Assembly: GCA_963677925.2 (NCBI GenBank)
Contig: CAXXYH010000004.1
Span: forward strand, 1,696,001-1,760,000
DNA from: Spirochaetia bacterium
GTDB lineage: Bacteria; Spirochaetota; Spirochaetia; UBA9216
Direction of reading: 5' to 3'
DNA length: 64,000 nt
A program made the translations under genes and the position numbers. The notes beneath the pieces are model-generated. The model did not search any database. It saw nothing but the letters and a program-made list of their open reading frames with translations, and was not told the origin of the DNA. Shown piece after piece: positions 29,999 through 38,409 of the stretch (its first letter is position 1; the number at the start of each line of letters is the position of its first letter).

Positions 29999-30664
29999 AT
30001 GGCAAAGATGAACTATAGAAAAAGATCGGCAGATCTTGAAAAACGAATGGTTACCTCTCCTGACGGCGAGCAGTTTGAGGTTGATCCATATAAAGATTAT
30101 TTTTCGGATGCAAAACCGAAGGTCCACAAACCCAACCCGATAACCCCGCTTGAAAAATTCGCAAACTGGTGCCGCGCCGAGTCTATTTACATCCTCGGAT
30201 TCGGAACAGGCTGCGGCGCAATTGAGATGCGCCCCCTTATGAGTCCCATGTACGACGCCTTCCGCTTCGGAATTCACTGGCGTCCGACTCCAAGGCAGTC
30301 CACTGTCTTTCTTATCGGAGGCTACGCCTCGGTTAAGACAATTAAGCGTATTGTCCGCAGCTATGAGCAGATGCAGGGCCCCAAGTGGGTTGTAGCCGTA
30401 TGCAGCTGTACAATAAACGGCGGAATGTACTGGGACAGCTACAACACAATAAACAGGCTCGATCACTATATTCCTGTTGATGTTTATGTTACCGGATGCA
30501 TGCCCAGGCCGGAAGCCCTGCTTGATGCCTTTGAATCTCTGAAGGTAAGAATCAAGGAAGGCCGCGGTGAAGGCGCAAATAAATACGCTGAAAATTTTGA
30601 ATGGTATAAGGCAAACCAGAAAAAGATAATCAAAGACTGGGATATGCCTGACTATAACTGGTAG
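29999..30664 (+). CDS. NuoB/MbxJ-like Fe-S subunit
   Basis: GTGCGAIE, PRQS, SCTINGG, PVDVYVTGCMPRPE. Confidence 0.92.
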   Translation: MAKMNYRKRSADLEKRMVTSPDGEQFEVDPYKDYFSDAKPKVHKPNPITPLEKFANWCRAESIYILGFGTGCGAIEMRPLMSPMYDAFRFGIHWRPTPRQSTVFLIGGYASVKTIKRIVRSYEQMQGPKWVVAVCSCTINGGMYWDSYNTINRLDHYIPVDVYVTGCMPRPEALLDAFESLKVRIKEGRGEGANKYAENFEWYKANQKKIIKDWDMPDYNW

Positions 30665-30672
30665 GGGGAATC

Positions 30673-31221
30673 ATGGAAAAGGTAATTGATAATATTAAAA
30701 AACATTTTCCCTTATCAGACGTCACTTCGGCACACGGCTGGTATCTGACCTGCGAAAAGAAGGATACAGTCAGCCTGCTTGAATACCTGAAAACAAGGGA
30801 AGGCTTCACACATCTTATACTGATAACAGCAGTGGACTGGATAGAGGATAACCGCTTCCAGCTGACCTATCTGCTGAATAATCCGGCTGAAAAAACAAGG
30901 CTCGGTGTCCGTACCTATATAGAACGGTCAGTCTGGCCTGAGGAATCTGAGATGTTTACAGCCCACCACCTCTGGCCGGCAGCAAAAACCTACCAGAGGG
31001 AACTGCACGAAATGTTCGGTATAGACTTTCCGAACAGCCCTGAGGTGAACGAACCACTCATCCTTGAATACTGGGATGATATTCCTCCCTACCGAAGAGA
31101 CTTCGATACAAAGAAGTATTCGGAGGAAACATACTTTCCAAGGGAAGGCCGGAGCACAAATGATCCCGCCGGGTACATGAAAGAAAAGATGTATCCGAAT
31201 GAAGGAGAGAAGAATGCTTGA
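30673..31221 (+). CDS. NuoC/MbxK-like subunit
   Basis: ITAVDW, YQRELHEMFGIDFP, PPYRRDF. Confidence 0.9.
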   Translation: MEKVIDNIKKHFPLSDVTSAHGWYLTCEKKDTVSLLEYLKTREGFTHLILITAVDWIEDNRFQLTYLLNNPAEKTRLGVRTYIERSVWPEESEMFTAHHLWPAAKTYQRELHEMFGIDFPNSPEVNEPLILEYWDDIPPYRRDFDTKKYSEETYFPREGRSTNDPAGYMKEKMYPNEGEKNA

Positions 31222-32395
31222 CTATGGTGTAAAAAACAGGGAACTTTTTCCCGAGACCCGCAGTGACGGAACAGTTGATATAGATCTTTCCAGCGGGAAA
31301 TATACTAAGATCTGGCAGGGTCCGAACCATCCGGGGATTACAGGAAACATGTCGCTTGAGCTTACAGTTCTTGGCGATGAGGTAATGGAATCAAAGACCC
31401 ATGTAGGATACCTGCACCGCGGTTTTGAGAAGCTGATGGAACGCAGACGTTTCATCAACAACTTTCCGCTTGTCTGCAGGGTCTGTGTGCCTGAGCCGGA
31501 CTTCAATGAGTACTGCTATGCCGCGGCGCTTGAAGAACTTGCCGGTATTGAAATACCAGAGAATGCTCTGTGGATTCGTACCCTGATTCTTGAAATGGCA
31601 AGGCTTCAGTCATACCTCATGTGGTTAAGCGGCCAGGTAGGCTCCTTCGGAATGGGAATACCCAGCCAGTGGATGCTTTACAGCAGGGACCGTGTACTTC
31701 AGATGTTTGAAGAGCTAACAGGCGGCCGAATCTACCATATATTCATCATCCCCGGCGGAGTACGGGACAACCTTACAAAGGGCTTCAAGCAGAGAATGCT
31801 TGAAGTACTGGATGAGATTGTGCCGCTTCTAAAGGATTATGAGAGGGTAGTGTTCAATAACTCTGTATTCAAAAAGAGGGCTAAAGGCCTTGGATATATC
31901 AATCCTGACTGGGTGGATGAATGGGGAATAACCGGACCGAATGCAAGGGGCGCCGGCATTCCGAAGGATATCCGTAAGGACTATCCCTACCTGAAGTATC
32001 CGGAGCTTGATTTTGAACCTGTAATAGAAACAGATTCTGATGTTTATGCAAGGGCCAGGCTCAGATGGCGCGACTGCATGATGACAATCGATCTAATAAA
32101 ACAGATACTTGATTCAACTCCAGAAACAGGAGTCTTCAAGGCTGATATGCCCAGCGTCCTTCACTGGAAGATTCCTGCCGGAGAAGCTTATGTCAATGCG
32201 GAATGTACCCGAGGCGAATATGGTTACTATATTGTCACAGACGGTTCAGGATATCCCAGACGTGTTAATGTAAGAGGACCATCCTATACCCATGCCGTTA
32301 CACTTGCCGAGAAAATGCTTGTTAACTGCAATTTAGCCGATGTTGCCGGAACCCTGGTTTCGCTGCACACATATCCGCCTGAGGTAGAGAGGTAA
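31214..32395 (+). CDS. NuoD/MbxL-like subunit lacking NiFe motifs
   Basis: GPNHPG, GYLHRGFEKL, RVCVPEPDFNE, C-terminus SLHTYPPEVER. Start at ATG 31214 after a GGAGA RBS. Confidence 0.92.
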   Translation: MLDYGVKNRELFPETRSDGTVDIDLSSGKYTKIWQGPNHPGITGNMSLELTVLGDEVMESKTHVGYLHRGFEKLMERRRFINNFPLVCRVCVPEPDFNEYCYAAALEELAGIEIPENALWIRTLILEMARLQSYLMWLSGQVGSFGMGIPSQWMLYSRDRVLQMFEELTGGRIYHIFIIPGGVRDNLTKGFKQRMLEVLDEIVPLLKDYERVVFNNSVFKKRAKGLGYINPDWVDEWGITGPNARGAGIPKDIRKDYPYLKYPELDFEPVIETDSDVYARARLRWRDCMMTIDLIKQILDSTPETGVFKADMPSVLHWKIPAGEAYVNAECTRGEYGYYIVTDGSGYPRRVNVRGPSYTHAVTLAEKMLVNCNLADVAGTLVSLHTYPPEVER

Positions 32396-32398
32396 ATC

Positions 32399-34240
32399 AT
32401 GAGTTGGAAAGACGTACTATACCCGTTTACGGTGTGGAAAAACATTGTAAAGGAACCGGTTACCATGAAGGATCCCCATTCCAATGAAGGATCTGAAAGG
32501 TACCGCGGGTTTCATATAAATGATATAGATAAATGCATTGGCTGCGGCACCTGTGAAGAGATCTGTCAGAATGCCGCTATCGATCTTGTCCCTGTTGAGG
32601 GGATCGAGTCCAAACCTGGTGACAGCGGTCTTCGTCCCAGGATTGATTACGGCCGCTGCTGCTGGTGCGCCCTATGCGTAGACATCTGCACAACCAATTC
32701 CCTGCGGATGTCAAACCGCTTCAGGTGGTCGGTTGAAGGTGAAAATGCCGATGAGGCAATAGACCGTGATAAGTTCGGCAGTCCCGATGACTACCGCTTT
32801 GTTGCGGGTGCTGAAAATAAATACTGGGACAGGGTAGAGGAAGGCTACAGAAAGCCCGATAACTATGATCTTACCCCGCCTGAAAGAGTTCCGATGGATC
32901 ATCTTAACGCTGAGCAGCGGGGAAGCTCTTTTATTGAAATGATGAAGGGCTACTCTAAGGAACAGGCTCTCAAGGAAGCTGATCGCTGTGTTGAATGCGG
33001 AATCTGTACTGCAACCTGTCCTGCCCATATGGGTATTCCGGCTTATATCAATGCTATTCGTGAGGATGATCTGGAAGAGGGGCTGCGGATCCTGTATGAA
33101 ACAAATCCCCTTCCCGAGGTTTGCGGACGAATCTGTACCCATAAATGTGAAACCGTCTGCTCTATAGGCAACAAGGGCGATGCGGTTTCTATACGCTGGC
33201 TCAAGCGTTATATAGCCGATAACGTTCCTGCTGAAAAATATAAGGAAATACTCGGAACCGATAAGATTGTTAAAAACGGGAAAAAAGTTGCCGTTGTAGG
33301 CGCCGGACCATCAGGTCTGTCTGCGGCTCACTATCTGTCAACAATGGGATATGAGGTAACAATATTTGAGGCTCTGCCCGAGGCAGGCGGTATGATGCGC
33401 TACGGTATTCCCGAGTACAGGCTTCCCTATGAGCAGATAGACAAGGACGTAAACTACATACTGTCGCTTGGTGCTGAACTTAAAACAAACTGCAGAGTCG
33501 GAACTGATATTACTCTTGAAAAACTGAAAAATGATTTTGATGCTGTATTCGCCGGAACCGGTCTGCATCTTGGCCGTTCTACGATGCTTGAAAATGCCGA
33601 TCACAAAAAGGTTTTTCAGTCCATCGACCTGCTCCGGAAGATCACCCTCGGTGAAGAAATCTATGTACCTGAAAAGATTGTTGTCATTGGCGGAGGTAAT
33701 GTTGCTATGGATATTACACGTTCACTGGCACGAATTCAGAAGCAGAAATACGGAAAGGTTGATGTGACTGCAACATGTCTTGAACCAGCAGATGCAATGC
33801 CTGCCGATGATGAAGAAGTAGTTGAGGCACGTGAGGAAGGGGCTGTAATAACCCCGGGCTATGGTCCGATAGGAATTCAGATAACTGATTCCGAGAATGT
33901 TAGGGGTCTTGATGTTGCCAAATGTCTTTCAATATTTGATGATGAGGGCCGGTTCAATCCAAAGCTTGATATGGATGACAAGAACTTCTATGAGGCTGAT
34001 ATGATCGTTGAATCAATCGGCCAGGCTGCAAATCTTGAATACATTCCGGACGGTCTGAAGGAAAATATTAAATTCAGTCCGAGAAGGCAGATTGTAACAG
34101 ATCCGGATTATCAGGTAAAAGAAGAACCCTGGCTGTTCTCAGGAGGAGACATAGTAAAGGGGCCGGATGTAATTACAGGAATTGCTACGGGTCACCTTGC
34201 AGCAGTGGGTATTGACCGGTATCTGACGGGAAAGGAGTAG
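32399..34240 (+). CDS. NuoI/MbxN-like 2x[4Fe-4S] domain fused to a GltD/NfnB-like FAD/NAD(P)H oxidoreductase
   Basis: RYRGFH, CIGCGTCEEIC, CCWCALCVDIC; then RCVECGICTATCP, CGRICTHKCETVC, GAGPSG, GGMMRYGIPEYRLP, GGGNVAMD. Confidence 0.93.
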   Translation: MSWKDVLYPFTVWKNIVKEPVTMKDPHSNEGSERYRGFHINDIDKCIGCGTCEEICQNAAIDLVPVEGIESKPGDSGLRPRIDYGRCCWCALCVDICTTNSLRMSNRFRWSVEGENADEAIDRDKFGSPDDYRFVAGAENKYWDRVEEGYRKPDNYDLTPPERVPMDHLNAEQRGSSFIEMMKGYSKEQALKEADRCVECGICTATCPAHMGIPAYINAIREDDLEEGLRILYETNPLPEVCGRICTHKCETVCSIGNKGDAVSIRWLKRYIADNVPAEKYKEILGTDKIVKNGKKVAVVGAGPSGLSAAHYLSTMGYEVTIFEALPEAGGMMRYGIPEYRLPYEQIDKDVNYILSLGAELKTNCRVGTDITLEKLKNDFDAVFAGTGLHLGRSTMLENADHKKVFQSIDLLRKITLGEEIYVPEKIVVIGGGNVAMDITRSLARIQKQKYGKVDVTATCLEPADAMPADDEEVVEAREEGAVITPGYGPIGIQITDSENVRGLDVAKCLSIFDDEGRFNPKLDMDDKNFYEADMIVESIGQAANLEYIPDGLKENIKFSPRRQIVTDPDYQVKEEPWLFSGGDIVKGPDVITGIATGHLAAVGIDRYLTGKE

Positions 34241-34242
34241 AT

Positions 34243-34689
34243 ATGAGTACAGGAGATATGAAGATTTCTGATATCCTCAAATATTCAATAAAAATTGAGC
34301 ACGAGAGTATGCTTTTCTACGGAAAGGCGGCTTCGCTGGATGTTAATGAACCGGTTAAGGAACTTCTGCTTCAGCTTGAGGCGGAAGAGGTTAAGCATGA
34401 ATCAAGGCTTTCGAATATCCTTGATTCCACGCCTGACGGAGATGCGGCTGGTTTTGATCATGACAGCCTTGAAAAACTGATTCAGAACCGGGTAATACCG
34501 GATGGTGCCGATGCCCGGACGGTACTGGGCATCGCACTTGAACGCGAAGAGCATACAAGAGATTTTTACCGGCAGGTAATGACTATGACCAATCTTTCAG
34601 CCGATGTTGTTGATCTTTTTACCATGCTTTTCAACCAGGAAAGCGGACATGTTAAAAGAGTTTCAAATATGATAGCAAAGCTTGATTAA
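34243..34689 (+). CDS. Ferritin-like (rubrerythrin-family) di-iron protein
   Basis: E..SMLFY, EEVKH, E..TRDFY, QESGH (paired ExxH motifs). Confidence 0.87.
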   Translation: MSTGDMKISDILKYSIKIEHESMLFYGKAASLDVNEPVKELLLQLEAEEVKHESRLSNILDSTPDGDAAGFDHDSLEKLIQNRVIPDGADARTVLGIALEREEHTRDFYRQVMTMTNLSADVVDLFTMLFNQESGHVKRVSNMIAKLD

Positions 34690-34735
34690 GGAGTCCGATT
34701 AAAAAGGTGCAGGCTGACGCCTATCAGGAGGATGG

Positions 34736-34769
34736 AGCGGTTTTGGAATTATTCCAGAACCGCTTTTTC
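34736..34769 (+). terminator. Rho-independent terminator of the Mrp-Mbx operon
   Basis: AGCGGTTTTGGAAT-T-ATTCCAGAACCGCT hairpin followed by a T tract. Confidence 0.75.
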
Positions 34770-34874
34770 ATTTTACATAGAATTATTTTCATATTTATAA
34801 TATCGAATTGGTAACATAAATCGCTTTTTCCTGAAATTAATAGCTGTATAAAACTCAATAATCAGGAAAAGTAT

Positions 34875-35828
34875 ATGAGTAAATCATTCCTCATTTTTGT
34901 AATATTTTTTTTCACTTTTTATAATGTACAGCCGATTGCAGGTGATTCCGGGGTATTAAGTTCACCATTTTTATTTATTGGAACAGAGAGCTCTCAAAAT
35001 TTCCTCGGATTATTTTCCGAATATGGGACACATCGAACCGGTGCCGGTTTTGATGGACAATTTCTGACTTATACCGATTTCTCACTATTGAGCATGCTTC
35101 CTCTTCAGGGGATAAATGAATTATCTGAAAGTATCGGGTTTTACAGTAGAATTGACGCTCTTTACTTTGAAAAAGATTTCGGGATTCCCGGAGAGAAATT
35201 CACGTGTGAGCTGAATCTTTCCGCCATTTATTCTGCAGGAGCAGAGAATAAACTTTTTTCAGACTTCCCGATGGTTTACGGTAACCGGCAGCATAACTTG
35301 CGATTTGGATATACTGGATATCTCTGTACCGATTCGACAAGCCAGATAACCGGACAACTTGATTATACATTTATAAATAAAAGAAGCATATTCATGATGA
35401 ATTATGAGAATGATACAATGCTGTTCTATTTAACAGACAGCTACCGCACCGCAGCTTTTAAGCTCTCCTGGCTCTATGCCCTGGAAAATTCGGTAATAGG
35501 CTGTTCGCTTGGATTCACTCTCTGGGCCGGAGAGCGGCAGAACTTATGGGGATTTTCAAATGATGGTGATTTTTATATCTCAGACGAAGCCGGTCGTGAA
35601 AATACTGTAACCTTTATCTCTGCCGGGGAATATGCGGCCGATGTGGTATATTTGTCATTTATTTACAATAACTACAGTTTGTCAATCGGATATGATTCAG
35701 AGCTGTTCAAACAATATATCCACAACAGCATTCATTATGTCCTGGACGATGCAATGCTTCCGATATTCGATAGGCCGGACAGATTTTATATATCATTCAG
35801 GATTGGATTTCCGGATGATTTGTTTTAG
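34875..35828 (+). CDS. Exported protein with Ntox23/LpxR-like motifs
   Basis: Signal-peptide-like N-terminus; beta-rich; YEND...TDSYRTAA and GYDSE...IHNSIH. Confidence 0.6.
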   Translation: MSKSFLIFVIFFFTFYNVQPIAGDSGVLSSPFLFIGTESSQNFLGLFSEYGTHRTGAGFDGQFLTYTDFSLLSMLPLQGINELSESIGFYSRIDALYFEKDFGIPGEKFTCELNLSAIYSAGAENKLFSDFPMVYGNRQHNLRFGYTGYLCTDSTSQITGQLDYTFINKRSIFMMNYENDTMLFYLTDSYRTAAFKLSWLYALENSVIGCSLGFTLWAGERQNLWGFSNDGDFYISDEAGRENTVTFISAGEYAADVVYLSFIYNNYSLSIGYDSELFKQYIHNSIHYVLDDAMLPIFDRPDRFYISFRIGFPDDLF

Positions 35829-35969
35829 GTAGAGAAGGAAATATTATATCAATTAAATGCTCTTAAAATTATAAATTCTTCTCTTGAAGTCTGATTTTTA
35901 TATGCTATTATATTGTTGCTCCGGGGATGTTCCGGTTGATGAAAAAAGTGTTTTTAAAAAGGATAATAA

Positions 35970-37862
35970 ATGAAACGTCTTATAATTCCCTTTCTAGCTG
36001 TAGTAATAATGTATTCCTGTAATCTCTCCGGAGATGAAGTTCTTGACGGTTCTGTCACTCTTCAGGTTGAGTCCGCATCCAGAACAATAATTCCTGATTT
36101 GTCTATGAATGTGGACTCCTATCATATTCTGGGTACCGGAGTTTCCGAAAGTGTGGACGTAACCGTAAAATCATCGAAAACTGAAATAACCCTAAGTGCG
36201 TTAGAGGATGGAGAATGGAGTTTTACTGTTTATGGACTCAATGATGAAGATACTGTTATAACTGAAGGCAGTGTTATTGTGACTGTAGAATCAGATTCAA
36301 GAGTAACTGCAACTGTATCATTGACCCCTATATCCGGAGAGGGCAATTTTATTATTAGTGCAAGCTGGCCGGAAGGTCTTTTGTTCTCTCCATTGTTTGA
36401 CGGAGAATATAAGGCTCTTGGCGAAACCGAATGGCATAATATTGCTTTTTTTGCAGGATCCCTCTCCGCATCAAGGAATTTATCATTACCGAATGGTTAC
36501 TATACAGTAAATTTCAGACTTAAAGAAGGTTCCTCGGAGGTCTGGTCGATTACTGAGGTCCTCAGAATTGTCTCCGACAACACATCAACGGTCCGGTATG
36601 AGCTTGCTGAATCGGATATGTCTTATAACTTTAATGATGACAGTATTCTGTCCTTACAGAATAATTCAAATAACCCTTATGAAATCAATTACACTCTACC
36701 TTCTGACATTCTTAACGGGGATGCCCTGGAAATTACACGATTTGCAGTTTCTCCTGCCCTGACCGAAGATTCTACGGTTGAATGGTATCTCAATGAAAGG
36801 CTTCTACCAAGTTCTACCGGAACACTTCCTGATCCGGAGATTCTGACATCCGGCATCTATAATCTGTCTGCATTTGTCTATGACGGTGATAAAGCCGGAT
36901 CAGAGACTACAAGTATGAAAGTTTCTGCCTACATACCTAGTCCCTCAGATCTTGGAATTGTTCAGGATATTAAGGCGGTCGACGAAAATAATATTGTATA
37001 TGCAATAGATGAATCAAACGCAAGATTGTACCGTGTTGATCTTACAGCGGGAGGCGTGACTGCTGAATATTCCCTGCCTTATAATTCTCCGTATGGCATG
37101 GATTATTCCTCTGCTGAGAATGCACTTTTTATTATTTATAAGAATATTGGTGTATTGAGTAAATTCAGCTGTGAAGATCAGAGTATTGAAAATTTAAGAT
37201 ACAGTACTGCGTTTGCCGGAAGGGATTTGATAGTTGCTGATGATATTTCAAGGGTTTTTGTTAAGGCTTCAACGGGTTTATATATCATCAGCACCCAGGA
37301 TTTATCCATCCTAAAAGATCGGATAACAGTCGACGGTTCAAAAGTCGCCTATTCCGTAGCCACTGGTGAGCTTATTACAGGAGACTCCGGCAGTTCTCCA
37401 TCATCCCTGATGCGCTATAGTATTTCAGATGATACCCTGACCCTTGAACAGGAAAGACATAATGCAGGTTCTAATGGACGGGATTTGATTACCAATAAAG
37501 CCGGAACATCTATTGTTTTTCCCTGTGGCGGAGGTAACGGATCAGGTTATACTTTCTTTGATTTTGATCCTGCAGATCTTGACAATTATTTTGGTGAATG
37601 GTCCGCCGGAACATATCCCAAATATGCTGCTTTCAGCTATGATGACTCGATACTGTTTGCTGCCATAGGTGATCCATACGACACCGGTATTAAGGTTATG
37701 GATGCTCATAATTACCAGCTTATAAAAGAACTTTCAATGCCCAATACTGATGATTTTGTTCGCTTTGAACCGGCTAAATCGGGTCTGGCGGCTCTTGGGT
37801 TCAGCTATGACGATTATAATGAAGATGATTTCCGTTTCTATTATTTTGATAATTTCGAATAA
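35970..37862 (+). CDS. Surface lipoprotein with beta-sandwich domains and a probable C-terminal beta-propeller
   Basis: Lipobox MYSC; beta-strand-rich; repeated blade-like segments in the C-terminal half. Confidence 0.7.
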   Translation: MKRLIIPFLAVVIMYSCNLSGDEVLDGSVTLQVESASRTIIPDLSMNVDSYHILGTGVSESVDVTVKSSKTEITLSALEDGEWSFTVYGLNDEDTVITEGSVIVTVESDSRVTATVSLTPISGEGNFIISASWPEGLLFSPLFDGEYKALGETEWHNIAFFAGSLSASRNLSLPNGYYTVNFRLKEGSSEVWSITEVLRIVSDNTSTVRYELAESDMSYNFNDDSILSLQNNSNNPYEINYTLPSDILNGDALEITRFAVSPALTEDSTVEWYLNERLLPSSTGTLPDPEILTSGIYNLSAFVYDGDKAGSETTSMKVSAYIPSPSDLGIVQDIKAVDENNIVYAIDESNARLYRVDLTAGGVTAEYSLPYNSPYGMDYSSAENALFIIYKNIGVLSKFSCEDQSIENLRYSTAFAGRDLIVADDISRVFVKASTGLYIISTQDLSILKDRITVDGSKVAYSVATGELITGDSGSSPSSLMRYSISDDTLTLEQERHNAGSNGRDLITNKAGTSIVFPCGGGNGSGYTFFDFDPADLDNYFGEWSAGTYPKYAAFSYDDSILFAAIGDPYDTGIKVMDAHNYQLIKELSMPNTDDFVRFEPAKSGLAALGFSYDDYNEDDFRFYYFDNFE

Positions 37863-37901
37863 AAATACATAAATATTTATAGATAAAATAATATTTAAAA
37901 C

Positions 37902-37930
37902 TTGACAAGCCGGTAATCCTGTTTAATAAT
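37902..37930 (+). promoter_or_regulatory. sigma70-type promoter of maoC-bcd-etf
   Basis: TTGACA (37902) about 17 bp before TAATAAT. Confidence 0.5.
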
Positions 37931-37967
37931 AATGAGAGATGATTCACTACTAATCTGGAGGGCTCAA

Positions 37968-38387
37968 ATGAAGGGTATTACCATATCTGAAATGAAAGAA
38001 GGCGACAGCGCTTCCTTTACCAAAACCGTTACAGAGACTGACGTTGTTCTGTATGCCGGTATAACCGGTGATTTTAATCCGGCGCATATCAACGAAGAAG
38101 AGGCCCGGGCAGGTATGTTCGGAAGGCGTATAGCTCATGGAATGCTCAGCGTCGGATTCATATCAAATGTACTCGGAACAACACTTCCGGGACCGGGCAC
38201 TATCTACATGGGACAGGAGTTGAGATTCACAAAACCTGTTTTTATAGGTGATACTGTGACTGCCACCGTCAGCGTGAAAGAAATGAATATTGAAAAAAAC
38301 CGGGTAAAACTGGAAACTATCGTTACTAACCAGGATGGTGAAGATGTGATTACCGGTATAGCAACCGTTATGCCGCCCAAAGCCTGA
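37968..38387 (+). CDS. MaoC/PhaJ-type (R)-specific enoyl-CoA hydratase
   Basis: TGDFNPAH, IAHGML, LPGPGTIY. Start at ATG 37968 after GGAGG. Confidence 0.92.
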   Translation: MKGITISEMKEGDSASFTKTVTETDVVLYAGITGDFNPAHINEEEARAGMFGRRIAHGMLSVGFISNVLGTTLPGPGTIYMGQELRFTKPVFIGDTVTATVSVKEMNIEKNRVKLETIVTNQDGEDVITGIATVMPPKA

Positions 38388-38409
38388 AACAGGAATCTGG
38401 AGGAAATAT

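Noticed and set aside
31214-32395. Group 4 [NiFe]-hydrogenase large subunit or canonical complex I
   Set aside because: No C-terminal DPCxxC, no maturation genes, no nuoA/E/F/G, and Mbx-type motifs instead.
32399-34240. Glutamate synthase small subunit (gltD)
   Set aside because: No gltB nearby, and the domain is fused to a NuoI-like domain inside the respiratory operon.
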